The position numbers and the translations under genes were made by a program. Below are positions 1 to 14,130 of a DNA stretch of 64,000 nucleotides, piece after piece. The stretch comes from Marsupella aquatica (lineage: Eukaryota > Plantae > Marchantiophyta): assembly GCA_973895155.1 (NCBI GenBank), contig OZ316897.1, forward strand, positions 3,752,211 through 3,816,210, read 5' to 3'. The notes beneath the pieces are model-generated. The model saw nothing but the letters and a program-made list of their open reading frames with translations. It did no database searches and was not told the origin of the DNA. How positions within the stretch are numbered: position 1 is the first letter of the stretch; each line of letters opens with the position of its first letter.

Positions 1-56
1 ACAAGAAGTTTGTGGACGAGTTGAACAGGCTGTACATAATTATATCATCCAATACG

Positions 57-749
57 ATGGCGAAGCCCACCACCCGTGCCGGCCCTCTCATGTGCTTCCT
101 TTTCGCTAAATTCATGGATCCTGTTCGGAACCACAACGAAGGCTCCATTGATGATCTCTCCGATCCTCTGACCTGGGAGCATCCTGCCAATTTACAAGAG
201 AAAATGTTCAGAGAGTCATCGGAGCTTCTGGCAGACGATCCTTTGGGGGAAGAGAAATGGGACGAGGAGAGAGAGAGTAGGTCGTCGTGGGAGGAGGTAG
301 GCATTAGCTCGGAAGCGGGATCAAATAATACCGGAGCCAACGCGCCAGAGGGTGGGCGGAAAGGTTCATTCTCTACTTCAATGGATGACATAATGAAACT
401 AGTGGAGTCGAGTTCCCCGGGGAGTAAGGAGGGCTCCACATTCGCTGAGCTGTACAGGGAAGAGCAGAAGCATGCAGAGGAATGCTTGAACGCAAAGTTG
501 GCAGCCGAAAGAACTGTCGAGTCTTTGAGAGCAGAGCTAAAAGAACTCAAAAGAAAGCAGCAGCAACAAACTAGCACTGTTGCATCCGTAGAAGTGCAAT
601 TTGCGAAGCATCAAGTGATTGTCTTGCGGCAGAGATTAGAGAAGTGTATTTTGGAAAGGGACCAGGCCAGGGCGGAGAACACGCGCCTCAAGATGCAGCT
701 CAAACAGACATTGGTTATGAAGCACCGTAATCCACAGCAGCACCTTTGA
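57..749 (+). CDS. Uncharacterised protein with acidic/Ser-rich N-terminus and C-terminal coiled coil
   Basis: Open ORF (12..749; in-frame ATGs at 57 and 114). C-terminal heptad-rich stretch (ELYREEQKHAEECLNAKLAAERTVESLRAELKELK...ENTRLKMQLKQ). True start uncertain. Confidence 0.55.
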   Translation: MAKPTTRAGPLMCFLFAKFMDPVRNHNEGSIDDLSDPLTWEHPANLQEKMFRESSELLADDPLGEEKWDEERESRSSWEEVGISSEAGSNNTGANAPEGGRKGSFSTSMDDIMKLVESSSPGSKEGSTFAELYREEQKHAEECLNAKLAAERTVESLRAELKELKRKQQQQTSTVASVEVQFAKHQVIVLRQRLEKCILERDQARAENTRLKMQLKQTLVMKHRNPQQHL

Positions 750-1539
750 CACTCCATATCTGAACCGATTGAAAAAGATATCACTGTGTTCCAAGTCACT
801 GGTACTCGATGCTACTGACTAGCAGATCCACTACAGCCATCTCGCTACCCAGATGGTGATTCTGCTCGACAACCCAAAGGCATTGAATTCCCTGAGAGCC
901 TCCGTTTCTTACCTTTAGTAATAAACTTGGGGGAATTCCTAAAGTTTCATGTGCAGCAAAGAAATCAAGAATTGGAACATTGAGAACCCATGTCTTGCCT
1001 TTGATGCATGCTATCACAGTGGATACACGAGGGGCGATTCATGCCTCGCATTTTACAGCCTTGAAAATTTCCAGTTCGAAGAACAAGTGGCTCTAATGCT
1101 ACAAGGAACAAATGAAACTTGAGGTTTTTGTATTTGTCCACCTATTCTTACCTTACTAGCTTAGGAGGCATTCAAAATGAGTGACATTACGACGACTGCG
1201 CTTGCCAGTTGTGGGGTAGTAGGTTCTCGTGCACTCAAAACTTGGATACCAGTTACCCTGTGGCAGTTTCATCAGAAACATTTTTGAGGAGAGTTTAGGA
1301 ATGACATTTTCTGAATCTTCAATCCATTGATAATCGGAAAACTGATTGTGGGGAGGCTCCTTCCTTCTTGCCTACAACTGTGTCTGATTGACGAAGCTGA
1401 CATACCTTGCTTCCTTTTATATGAACGGCGACAACGGAAAGAACATTATCGGAGATAACGGACAGACAAGACTGACTGGTGGAGACAAATTTGTTTGTCA
1501 CGTAATGTACATCTCAGCTAGTCCCCTGATAGACATCAA

Positions 1540-2900
1540 TGATGAATGCTCACGAATCGAAACGTTTCATGACGAAGCTCTCCTGCCAAATACAGTGCGG
1601 CTTCTCTCGTCTCCGCACGAGAAGCTTTGCGAGCATGTTGATAGACAAAGCTCTTCTTTTCTTTACAGTACTCACCACTGAACCATTTAAAGAAACTGAT
1701 CATAGCTTTCTGCAGCTTGCAACCCAGCTTTCAATTCATATTTTCTTTCATCCTGGTAGAGCTAGTCTCCGGACCACTCATTGGGTAAAATGCATTTCTC
1801 TGTATAGGAGGTGAAAGGAAAGATGCTGATCTTCATTACTTCACGATTGCTTCTGCAAAGTGACACCTGCACCACCCCAAAATCCCTTTACAACAACCCC
1901 AAAGTAGACTCAATGGTTCTCTTGCTGAAGTAATTCTATCGATGGTTTAGACTGGCAGAATCGAGGCCAAAATACCTGCCTGGAAAAACGACGTGAGATA
2001 ATGCAAGCTTCATACGAGACATTACCAGAAATTCTTGTCTTCGTGAGACTCAGAAAGTCCTTGAAGGTTTCAAATATCGCGTCTGAGCTTGATGAAGCTT
2101 GCCTTCGTACTGAGCAAATATTGCCGACCTCCATCTGCAGTAAATTTGTTTTTAGATTTGTAGAGATATTATTGACGATCACACCATAAAATCTAGCTCG
2201 GATGCACTAGCTTGTATATCGAAGCTTTAAGTTTCTATAGGTTCATGTTTGACTTAAACATTATAATATAGCAAAAGTATCCAGAAGTTTCGCCACTAAG
2301 ATGCGCTACAGTTTTCTTATAGTACCAGAGATGAGTCCCCTACTTAGAATTTGCTGAGATCTAAAATGCATTGTCGAGAGCTGTGTGATAAGTGCTCACC
2401 ATGGTTACCAATACTTGCAAGAGTATTAGGAAAGAAAGTAGCATTCTCCATCGATTTCTGCGAATCTTCGAAGAGCCTGGTTTGCTTCACAGAGGCATGA
2501 TTTCGACATATCCACACTGCCCTGGCAAATATTCATCAGTCGCTAACCCAATTGTTTTCTTGACCTTAGGATTATTAAGGTCTTGGTCCAACGGAGAGTA
2601 TAATCAACACTGTTTGATACTTGTGGGAGTCTGTGTTTCATCATTGTTCTACACTTCCCTTGGGTAAACAATATCTCGACCAAGTCCTTGATGTTGTCGT
2701 GACCGGCATTACCCAAACATATTTCAAGTACATGAAGACCACGTCTTCGGTTCCGAAGGAGTGTTGTGAATTTTGGATCGTACGATAATAGATATCTGGC
2801 TGCACTCGGACTCATGCACAAGGCCAACTGGAGAATAGCATGACCAAGGTTGATAATGTGACTCGAACAGTTTTCAGGATTCTTCCAGACTACTGTCACT
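1540..2900 (-). pseudogene. Possible degenerate ankyrin-repeat gene fragments
   Basis: Minus-strand fragments GHAILQLALCMSPSAARYLLSYDP, GLHVLEICLGNAGHDNIKDLVEILFTQG and (near 1560-1650) ETREAALYLAGELRHE resemble ankyrin helix pairs. Frames are broken and no clean gene model could be built. Confidence 0.3.
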
Positions 2901-2995
2901 ATCGTCGTGAAGGACCTTATGTGCGTACTCTTTTGCTGATATCATGGATGATCTCGTATGGACCAGAAGGGTTTACAGTTGCAATACCGTTTGTA

Positions 2996-5900
2996 TCAAT
3001 GTGATGAGCCCCGTCTTACTTTCTCGTCTTTAACCATTGGGGCAACATTTCTGGTTGGAACTTCTTGTGGTCCTCTGGCAGCCATGGTCGTATCTTTCTT
3101 TGGTTTGGTAGAATGTTGAATCGTGTCTTCAGCTGGTTCGACGTCTAAATTAGAACAATGATGTGCCGGTACTCGTGGTGGTTGAATTTGTTTCATACCT
3201 GAGAATCGGCCTCGCTCCCTTTTCATCCCACTCTGAATGGCTGCGTACTTAATTGCATCCCCATTGTTCACGTTCTTCTTAGTCGCCTCGAAGAACATCT
3301 CCGACTGTCTTTTCAGATCACCAGCATATGCAACTTGAAGTGCTTCAACTATCACTTTTGGTGGGCAAGGGCTGTCCAGATTGGCCAACATGGCCAGACT
3401 TTGTTCAAGAGTCCGCTTTTTACTTGGTTTCTTGTCATGAGGCAATTTGTTTTGGCTGGCAATGTGGCCAAGGAAATCTTGAATCCGTTTGATTTCCTTT
3501 TCTACTAATTCAGACGCCTCCACATAAGGTCGTATCGATTCATTATATTCCTTGATGTCAGCAACTTCTGCTTCGTATGAGGTCTTAGCTTCCTCAGCGA
3601 GGTGTGCATTGTGTATTTGCACGTCCTTCACATAATCGTCATATTGTACCTTTGCACTTTCAGTTTCTTCCAGATACTCTTCTTGCATTTGGCGGCAAGT
3701 TTCCTTCCATTCCATTTTTTTCTTTCTCACAAGCTCATCATTCATTCGCTCTACGTCCTCTTTTCTCGATTGAAGGTCTACCCTCCTCCTTGCACGCTCT
3801 TCGTTTTCTCTCTGAACGACTCGAGTGGCTTCTTTCCATTCCTCGTAACATTTGTCTGTGATCATCTTGTTCTCCTCGTCTACAAGCTTACAACTCTCTT
3901 CCCAAGCACGTTTAGCTTCTTGCTCCAAGTTGTGATTGATGATTGACACGCTGGCTATGCTTTTCTTGTGCTCTTCAATCAGTTCGGATACCCTCAACTG
4001 GTGAGTCTTGCGTGCCTCAATTTTCTTTATATGCAATTCGTCTACTTTGTCCAAGAAGTCCTTCTTTCTTTTGGCATTCTCATTTGTCACAACTTCAAAT
4101 CTCCATTTATGGTCTTCCTCTGCTTCTTTCATTCTTCTTTGGTTATCTTTGGCAACCTGCTCACATGCAACTTCGAATTCTCTTCTGGCAATTTCTAAAT
4201 TCTTAGCATTGAGGGCCTGTATTTGAGCACACTTATCTTCATAGTCTTTCCGATTGGCTTCATTGTTCGTCTTTGCATTTGACAGAATTTTCTCTTGTTG
4301 TTTCTTATAATTTCTCAACGTCGATTCATTTTTCTCTCTGATGCGTTTTACCATTGCATCATGCTCTTGTCTTCCATGCATCTTGGCATGTGCATATCTA
4401 TCTGCAATGCTTTTGACATCTTCGACGTATTTCTTTTGAGCATCTTCTCTCGACTTTTTATTGGCTTTCTGTATTTCCAGAACCTTAGCTTGCCAATCAT
4501 CATACACCTTGGACTTCGTTTGATTCAATGCTCTGACTTTTTCCACTTCTGCTTCCCAAAGTTTTCTTGCATCCCCCGCTATCTTTCTGTTTCTCTCTAA
4601 GATGACAGCATGGGTTGTATTGTAAGCTTCCTGAGCTTGTTCGATCGCTCTCCTATTTTCTTGTCGAATAGCATCCAAGAGATGCATGTGTTGCAACTTG
4701 GCCTTTTCCTCCTCCTTTCTATAGTCTGCTATCTGGGGCTGCCTGATTTCTGTGTCAAATCGTTTCTTGAGTTGTGTCAAGATTGTGTCAACTTTTACAG
4801 GAATCCCTTTCCGCACGCTCTGTCGCTGCCAGTTTTCCACCCTTTCAGCCATCCACCTCATTTCATGGGGCACCAAGTTTTCTGACTGTTCTTTGTACAT
4901 TTTGTATTGCCATTGAAGATCTAGCTCCATGTATTGCCCACCTGTAATGTCAGCTAAAATATTCTTGAGGATCCGCGCCTGGGACTTGGTGGGCTCTATA
5001 CCAATTGGATAGATAGGAGTGAGTTTCCTTTGGTTCTCCAGCTCTTTCAATGTGTTCATAATCTGATATAATTATCAAACAGGGAAAAAAAACATGTGAC
5101 GATTGTAAGTAGATGCAATGACCATAACTCAAAATTCATTATTGTAGTAAAACTTACATCACAAAGTTTTAGTGGGTCAAAACAATGACACTCACCACTC
5201 ATGACTTTGTTGAACTCTGATTCTATGGGGAAAATCCACTCAATCAACTAGAGCTAATTCAGTTGGCCAATTAAGACTTGAGCTTGCCCTTTGAGTTCTT
5301 GGTGCACGGGAAAGCCCTGGATGACCTCCCCCTTCCAGCTGATCTGATGTGTGATGGGCAGCTAAGTACAGAGGATTTGCCTAGAGAAAAGTGAGGGGAT
5401 CATCAAGGCAAAAGGAGTTGTCACCTCGATGAGTCTCCCAGTCTTTGGGTACATCACTTAGTAACAGAGAATTACCAAGTTCTCATTTGGTAAATTATGA
5501 TGTTTCATTGCCAATGTCCTTACTATACTCAACTGTACCACATGAAAAGGTTTTACTTTAACTTTTACCATAGACCATTCATGAGTCACGCGATAAGAAG
5601 ATTACGCTAATAAACTTTAACATGGTCTCTACAGAGATTAGTCACTTCTTGCACCACAATAGTTTATGAGAATTATATCCTCAAGAAAGACTTGTTAGAG
5701 CTAGTTACTGTAGGGTGTAGAAAACGAGACTTCAGTGGAGTCTTATACTCACAATGACAGGTCTGTCACATTTGCCATGAGTCAAAAGATAGATGCAATC
5801 AGCTGAAGTTCGTTGCATTGCGACTTCAATGGCCTTTTTCAAGTTTGAAGTGCCTCCGGTTCGCCATTGTAACATCCAGGATAAAGCTTTCTCCAAGTTT

Positions 5901-8900
5901 TCATGTGTCTTAGGTTGCATGAACTGCCCTGGATACTTTCATGTGAGATAAGTCAAGCTTATACAGAATCTTTCATTTCTCTTTTCTATAATTGGTTTCC
6001 TTGTGTTATGATGAGTTTTCTTGATCAATTTACTGATATCGTGTTGTTTTCAATCTTGTTGTCAACATAATTCAATCCATGGATAGTTTATGTAATTGAA
6101 CTTACCTTCTACCTACAGGTAATAGCCTCATTTAACACATGAATTACTTTTTAAGGATTGTGATTGTGTTCTACCTCCCAACTCTTAAACCAAGGACGTG
6201 GAGCACCGCCATTTTCTTTTTGCTTTCTGTCTTCTTCTAATGCTCCAAAACTCCAAGCATCAAATGAATACATAATTATGTCAAAATCAGTTGCAGCAAT
6301 CTCGACCTGCTCTTTTTATTGAAAATGGTGATACAAAAGGCAAGTGTAGGAGTAATGTGTTAGAGCGTGACATACTGAAGACTATTTAGCACTTGACTTG
6401 TTTGAAGCACAAATGCGGAAATCTGTGTTTAAGCCCAACTCGTTGCCAAATAATGCAAAGAAGTAAACTGAGTGTCAGTTCGTCTTGAATTATTTTCTCA
6501 GAAATAATAGAAATCTGGGAAAATCCTTGTTATTAAACTGTAATTATAGTTTTCAATATTTGTATTTGGAAACTCAATTTTCTCCAATCACATATCTTGA
6601 TATTGAACTCCCACTTATGCAGCAAATCCATTGTTAAGAAGTCTTGAAGCTTGGCTCTGAATGAAAGTTATTAACTTGAAGTTTATTGCTTAAGAGATAG
6701 TTTTGAGGAAAAACTGTTCCATCGCGGAAAAATATTTATACTAACTGAGCTGGGGTGGAAAAGTCAAATTTGCAGATAGATAATTGGCCGGGCTTCAGAT
6801 CTGTTTGAGCGCACCTGGCCACCTGTAGAGAAAAATTGCCTTATAGCATTCTGAGCACAGGTCATTCTTTCGCCTGCCATGGTGGCACTGCAGTCCACTA
6901 AGAAGACTGGTCTGTTCCCTGCAAGGTACCCCAGTGGAGGAGGTGCAGCAGGAGGGACCCATTCTGGAATATAAGGTTTTGGCGGCGCAATATAAGGAGG
7001 TTCTAGAATCAAAGTAGGTTGGATGAATGGGGGAAGTGGTTCTTCTTTGGGTGGTTGGAAGATTGGAGCTTGAACAATGCTACTAATAGGTGCATCTGGA
7101 ATTTCATGTGGGTGAGGTGAGCGAGCTAAGCATGCATGTGGTGATGTGCCACTTGCTGTTTGTTGATTTGCTTCCTTTCTCCTCCTACACAATCCATCAC
7201 AAATTGAATCTTGACCTTGTTCAATCATGTAGTAGGATGCTTCACAAGGGCGTGGCTCAAGTTTTGCCATCTCATAAGGTGGTATGATCTCTTCTAGAGG
7301 AAGTTGAAGAGCTTTGGCCTCCACCATAACAGGCACTGATGGTAATGGTTCCTCCTGAGGCTCTTGCCAAACAGGAAGTGGCAATTGCTCTGGGGGGTTG
7401 AACATGGGTGGTGGTATTTCCTTGTAGGGTTCTAAGGGTTTCTCTTCCTTGCTGAAATCTTCAAAAGGAGGGATATTCAAGACTCCAGCCTTCCTTGCAA
7501 ACTTTGGTTTGATACATGGTGGATGTGGCTTCAATGTGGGAGTTCGAAGAAATGGTATGTTCACATTCAATGGGATGTCTTCCTCTGGAATTGGGAGTAA
7601 GCCTTCGATAGGATACAGTTTTGGCCTAGGTCTTTCTTCAGGTGCTCTAAACTCAAGTATTTCTTCCAATGAAGGAGACTCCCAAACTGGCACAGCCTAC
7701 ATCATGTCATAAGGGGGTCATAAGCAATCTATTCAAAAAGTTCCATCATTGTGATCAGTACTTGAAATTCTACTGTAATTTGTACTGATAATGTCTTGTC
7801 CATGGTAATGCATATAGGTGCTACATCATGCCTCATATGAATGCTATTATCAAGTTCATAATGAAAATAATGAGCATATTAACAAATTTGGACAGTATTA
7901 GTTGCCTAAACTAAGCCATTTCAGTTCAAAAACAGTATAAATTCATGTAAAACATATTTATAATAGAATAATTAATTGAAGCATAATTATTTATTATCTA
8001 ATAAAAAAATAATCTAGTTTGATATGGCTACAAAAAGTGATAGTGAAATCAACTTGCTCTTAAATAAGAAACATTCATGAACAAGCATTGGAAGCAGTGA
8101 TGATCCATAATACCCCACCCAGAGGTATCTGGCTTTGGGCTATAGGCACCCTGGCTGGGTCCTGCATGTGGGTTTCCTGGTGCCTTGCACTGTGTCTCCT
8201 TGAGAAATGCTCTCGGTAAGGGTCATCTAGTTTTTATACAAAAGTTTAGGACCCTGCTTCATGCAAGCTTGAAATTTGGGTTGAACAGGCAAAACACTAC
8301 TTTCAAGACTCACAAACAATAAATGCACCTTGAAAGTTGTGTGAATGACTTTCATCTTCAATGTTGCTATGAGGGCTTTTAGCTCAGTGATGAGCTGTCT
8401 TAAGGTGATCACAAATGAACCATGCAGTTGAGTACCATCTGTTAGGAGATACTGCCCAAACTTTCCCTCACAATACTTAGCATGTACATGATTGCGAATC
8501 TGCAGTAACAAATCAACATAACATTTGTAAAGTAACTTTAATTAACTTCGCCGTAAAGATTGATGTTGAAGTATTACCCAAGTTAGTACATGATCCCGAG
8601 ACCCACACTTTCTTGCACAAGTTTTGGTTGACTAAGTCCTATTTTATTCCTTGGTTTATTCTATGTGTGAGAGATCACCGAGTCGAAATAAAAGCCTGAT
8701 ATATGACTTTAAATTTCATGTGTGCCGGCATTGATTTAGGCAAGAATTTCTAGAGCAATTTCCAACTAAAGCTGTCAGGATAGCTACTAACTTAAGATTT
8801 TATGTCACATTGCAATATTGGCAAATCCTGTTGCAATTGTCCAAATGACTTGGGACTGAGGGTGTTAATTTACAAAAACATCTGTGTGTGTCGACCTCCC

Positions 8901-9890
8901 CTTTCTCCCCTTAGTCATCATGTACAATTTGCACACCTCCACTAGCTTGTTTACAGTTTACATGGCAATCGAGGAGGCTTATTTTGAATGAAGTGATATC
9001 TCAATCAAAATTGTTCTGAACCTAAGTTGAGGTAAAATGATTGCAATTTAAGCAGAAATTCTCAAGGAACGTAGTGATGATGCTTACAGATTTTACACTC
9101 TCATGAGAATGCTCAAAGTAAACCCAACTTCGTAGCAACACATCCATCAAGGATTCCATAACTTTGTTGTCAGCCTCACCCTTTTTCTTCCTCAACTTCA
9201 TGAAATCATTTTTGCCAAGTTTGAGAACGCACACATTCAAAGTTTGCACATCTCAAAGCAATGGAATAGTACATAAAATCTGATGCAACTGCATAATTAG
9301 ATATACAAGTTGCTTAATGGTAACTTAGTTTGTACTTAAATTGGAGTTGAGCTGAGCCTAATTTGAAAACATCTCTCAGAAAACACTTGGTATCCAATTA
9401 ATACCTTATGAATGAGTTCATTTGCTGCTTCTTCTAGTTTCTCATCATCAGCTGGTTTTCTACGAGGCGTGGGTCCCCAAATAGTTTTAATAATCTCACT
9501 ACGAAGTCCTCCTTTTCTAGCACGTTCTGCAAGCAAGGTTGGGAGAAATTCATCTGTCTGCCACTTGGGTGAATGTGATGACCTTTCCTTTGATGGTTGC
9601 CTGAAACTTTTATCCATAGCATGGTCTCCATAATGACTGAGATCTGTTGGCCCAAATAGTTTTGTACCCGTAAAATAATTTGCTGATGGAGGTTTCTTAT
9701 CGTCCAAGAAGCTTCTTGCAACTGATGAGTACACGTTTGAATCAAGTTTGATAAACTTCCCCGGTTTCTCAATCTTTTGTCTGGAGTAAGGTTTGGCAGA
9801 ATATATGGTGGCACCGGGTCTAAATAAGATTTGGTGGAGGTCTGCAATGGCATCCCCTTTCCAACCTTGAGGTCCCATGAGGGACTCCAA
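2996..9890 (-). CDS. Large multi-exon protein: N-terminal region, Pro-rich repeats, von Willebrand factor A domain, ~450-aa helical repeat tail
   Basis: Approximate GT-AG exons: ~9890-9405, ~9250-9088, ~8499-8327, ~8225-8113, ~7696-6815, 6306-6175, ~5928-5753, 5062-2996. vWA motifs are spread across exons: VFLVDCSATM (MIDAS-like DxSxT), FDIIMYS, GGTSNLKKAI, IYLLTHG, PIYPIGI...LADITGGQY. 5' end not resolved. Confidence 0.75.
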
Positions 9891-11780
9891 CTAATTACTT
9901 TGACAGGCATAAGTTAGGCTATATATTCAATGGAAGTAAGCTTGATATTGTCTAACATTAGTGAAGTTTTTTTCAGTAGATGCAGGTTAATGTAACAAGT
10001 GTATCATTCCTGGAAAGACCTCTGTCACAACATGACCTATCAACTGTTTCGCTTAAAGCATATCCAACATAATTGTATATCTAGCTCTTAATTTCCTTCT
10101 TCATCAAATGAAGATCCTCTTTGTTGCTCTTCTTTTTGTTCTATATCCCAATGTTTCCTTCTTTGACAGCAGCTTTTCGGTTGTGGTGTCATGTATAGTT
10201 ATTGAAAATCACAGCCACAGAAAACTATGACATCATGATAAGAAGTGTCTTGAGGCTTGAAGACATATCTCATCCACAAGTCCAGCTCAACTTTGCTAAG
10301 CTGAGGCTCCATTAATGTACACTCATAGGTCCGTTGGGGACTACAGGATAATCCTTGAACATAAATCATTCACTTGGTGCCGGGTAGCCATTTTTCTGTG
10401 GGCAAAGAATTGTGAGTTGCTACCTTAAACAGGCAAGCAAGTAGTACCGAGAGTAAAATTTTAAAAAACCTGTGCCATCGAATCCACTATTGGGGAACAT
10501 TAATTTGCCAGACAGTACTACACAATAGTCAGAAAGTACTCCATAACCAGGCTTCATGCCTGTCCGTCCCATAACTTCCTGCGCTGCTTCTAGAGCTAGT
10601 CGTCACCTTGGCTAATAAAAACAAGCAAAAGTGGCTGGTGCGGGGATTCTTGCTCTCAACAAAATCTGATGCTCAAAGATCTAAATGACTAAGGAGCTTC
10701 CACAAGCTCAATTTTTTGTTTAAAAGAACTCTGTCTCTACTTGTAAAGTAGTCTCTCTCTCACTCCCATAAAGTACTGGAATGTGCGTGTGGGCCAACAT
10801 GTTAGTCACTGTATCATAAGTCAGTGTAGAGCAATCTATTTTGAGACCTAGATTGCTCTTGTTTCCACAATTATAGTAGGTTCCAATTGTGTGCAAAATG
10901 TTGGCAGGAACTAGTAGATCTATGTTACATACGTTGTCCCTGGGGTTGACTCAAGTCTTCAAGAACCTTGTTGGCATTGTTACCTCTCCAATGGCATGAT
11001 GAGATTCAGTACTAGTTGATATGGATTGGAAGCTACCTTCCACAAATATCCTCCTTGCATCCTCAATTTCAAGAAAAAAAAATCCGATCCAGTCAACCAT
11101 TTTTCTTGGGAGTTGCATAATTATTTAGGTTGAAGCTGCAATCTCCTCAAGAGCTGATTCGGTTGGTTTTGCAACCTGAAATTTCACTACAGAACGTTTC
11201 CATAGAAACCTTGTGCTGAATCCAAATTCTGCATCTAAGGATCTTGTGGAAATTAGAGAAGAAAATTCTCACACAAATCAGTTACTGTTCCTTGCAAGAT
11301 GAAGGAGAAATGTGTGAAGCTAATGTTGATGAGGAAAACATGTATCGTCTCCAACTTGTGCACCATTATTGTCATTGCTCCACAAACATTTGTTGCCTTT
11401 TAGCTAAACCTGAAGCATGTCTCTTTAAGTTGTGGGATAATCTCTTCATCTCCAAGATGTAGAAGACACTTGCACACATGTAATCTCCTTGAGGTAATTG
11501 GCGATAGAAAATTTGACTACATATATGTCACAATTGTTCAAAGCCGGGTCCTATAGTCTCTGTGATATGAATCACTAATACCTTCACAATTAAAATCCAG
11601 CACGTGCTCATCAGTTCAAAATTTGAAAGATTTGTTGATACAGGAAGCTTGGAGATTGATTGCAGACTAATTTTGGAAGGTCTCCTCAGTCTTCACACAC
11701 TGTAATCTTTTAGGCTTTAGAGTTGGTTTGTTGTCTTTGATCATTACCCTAGAACCTGAGGAGACAAATATTGTCAATTT

Positions 11781-11783
<3 letters not shown>

Positions 11784-11846
<63 letters not shown>
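11784..11846. repeat. (CT)n microsatellite
   Basis: Uninterrupted CT run of about 31 units. Confidence 0.97.
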
Positions 11847-11848
<2 letters not shown>

Positions 11849-14130
11849 TGCTGTTTTCCAGACTCCATTGAATAACTGTCTTTCCATAGAAGCTGCATTG
11901 AAAATTAGAACTGTGGTAAGTTTATTTTATGTGGATTGGTGCTGTTAGCTCACTTTATAGTTGACTGGCCCTACTATCCCTCTAAAATTAACACATCATT
12001 TATTAGCCAAATTGGTTGTGTATTGGACTTCGTATTATTTTGATCCCGAGTGTTGGCTAGGGTTTTCCATTCACACTTAGGGCACCCACCACCTTTGCCT
12101 CAGGGCTAAAACTTGCGTATGGCACAATCACCAACTTTACGGTGCTACATCCTGATATTATTACTTATGTTTAAAAAGCTCAAGACAATTGACAACCTTT
12201 ATTATGCATGTTTTCAGGCTCCACGATGCATGTTATGGCAACTTTCTCAGATCTATTGAATTGTGGGGGGGGGGGGGGACTACTACCAAAGCAAAGCATG
12301 AATTTAAAAGAACCTTGATCTCATACCATCTTGCCATTCAATTTGGTAGTTTATTGGAGCAAGCTAGGGCTGCCTATAGTAAGAGAAGAGGAGAAAGGGT
12401 GGGGGACAAAGTGACTGCTCAATGCCGCCCTTTGCTGTGTTTACTTTGGGGTTTTCTTACTTCACCTTCCTACATACCACATTTTAGATTTGGCCTGGAT
12501 TTTGGCTCCTTACATTTTATTGGGCCTTGGTTGTTTGGGGTAGAGGATGTTAACTCGATCAGTTCTCAGTCACCCAAAGCAGTTAAGCTCAATGGCCTCC
12601 CTCAACTCAAACATCATTTTGGCGTTCAGCTTTGTTCTTGGTGGCCTAGTCAACTTTGAAAATTTCCAATTGGCTGACCTCACTGGGTCACTTTTCATTT
12701 GACAGCCTTGCCAAGTTGGAATGTTTCCACTTGGCTGCCCTCACGTAGTCACTTTTTCACTCAGCAGGGAAAGTGCACTTCTATGACCTTGCTTAGTCAC
12801 TTTTTCAACTCAGCAAATCGGTTGAGTCATGTCAACGGCCTCACTGAGTAGGAATGTTCAATGTTCCACAAGCAAGCTACTGATGGGAGTGACTCATAGC
12901 TGATACTGGCAAAATTGATGGAGTTGCCACACTCTATTGATTATTTCTCTTGGGTTCAGTGGACTATGCTGTGGTATAAAATACCCAGAGAACTAGATCT
13001 GAAGGAGGATAAGTTTGTAAGGAATTCACCGTTACTTTGTAGCTGCAAGTAATGAAGTTGGATTTCCCATTGACAGTGTCGTACCCTGTGCGATCCATCT
13101 CGTGCTGGTGCGTCCAGAAAGAATGCACATTATTGTCCCTGCCACATTGGTTCCCAGAAGAGAAAAGCTTCAGCTCACAGACCTGAAGTCCGTCTAGGGA
13201 GAATTCACCTGTTACGGAAATATATCATCATCTCAAGGAAAGGAAGAACTCAAATTGAAGTAACATGCACGTCCCGCCTCTTGCAGATATATCTACTTTC
13301 TGCTCACACAGTTCAAACTCAATGAAGCAGCCTGCAGCCTGCAGCCTGTATCCACAACCCTTGCAGCCCTTTCCATGAGTAAAGAATCTTCTGCTTACAG
13401 AATTGACGTACTCAATGGAAGCAGTCTGCACCCTGTATCCATACCCTTGCAGTTCTCGACAAGAGTATGAACTCCTTGTTCTTGACGGAGATGTTTCGTG
13501 GTATGAGCCTGACTCTCAAGTACTTCGACGAGAAAGTGACTGTAAGTTTCCTCCTGGAGTTCGTGGATACAGTGGTTGACCACTTACAGAAGGAAAGAAT
13601 CTTCTGCTTACAAAATTGAAGCACTCAAATTGAAGCAAGGACATAGGACGGCAAATTTCCAAAGCAGGACCTCCCATAAGAGGCTTGCCCTTGAAACTTA
13701 ATCCTGCATTGACTAGCCCTCGGTGTTTATCGGTATCATTACATAGACTGTAGCTGAATAAGAACCTCTAAGGTCACAATTTCCACAGGTAACAAGGACA
13801 CACGAGAAGCTTACGCTTTGATTTCTTGGGCACATATTCATATTGTTATCAAATCCAGGATTACGGTCTTGCAATAAATGCCAAGATACGGAGATCACAG
13901 TAACGAGTTATAAATTATAACCTGGACAATGACAAGAAGCATCCCATCTCTTTCTTCACACAAAGATTCCAGACAAACTAGAACAAATTGAAAATATATT
14001 ACGTCTTCTTATGTACAACCAGATAAATCTGGTGAATCCTCTGATTTCGAACAAGACTGTCAACTTTCAAAACTGTCACCAGGGCATCCTCCTAGTTCCC
14101 CTTTTGGAGAGATCCTGCACGTCTACCTTG

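Noticed and set aside
12189-13630. 156-aa ORF, AGTCACTTTTTCA repeats and short minus-strand ORFs
   Set aside because: No recognisable domain, TIR pair or TSD; may be UTR exons or old TE debris.
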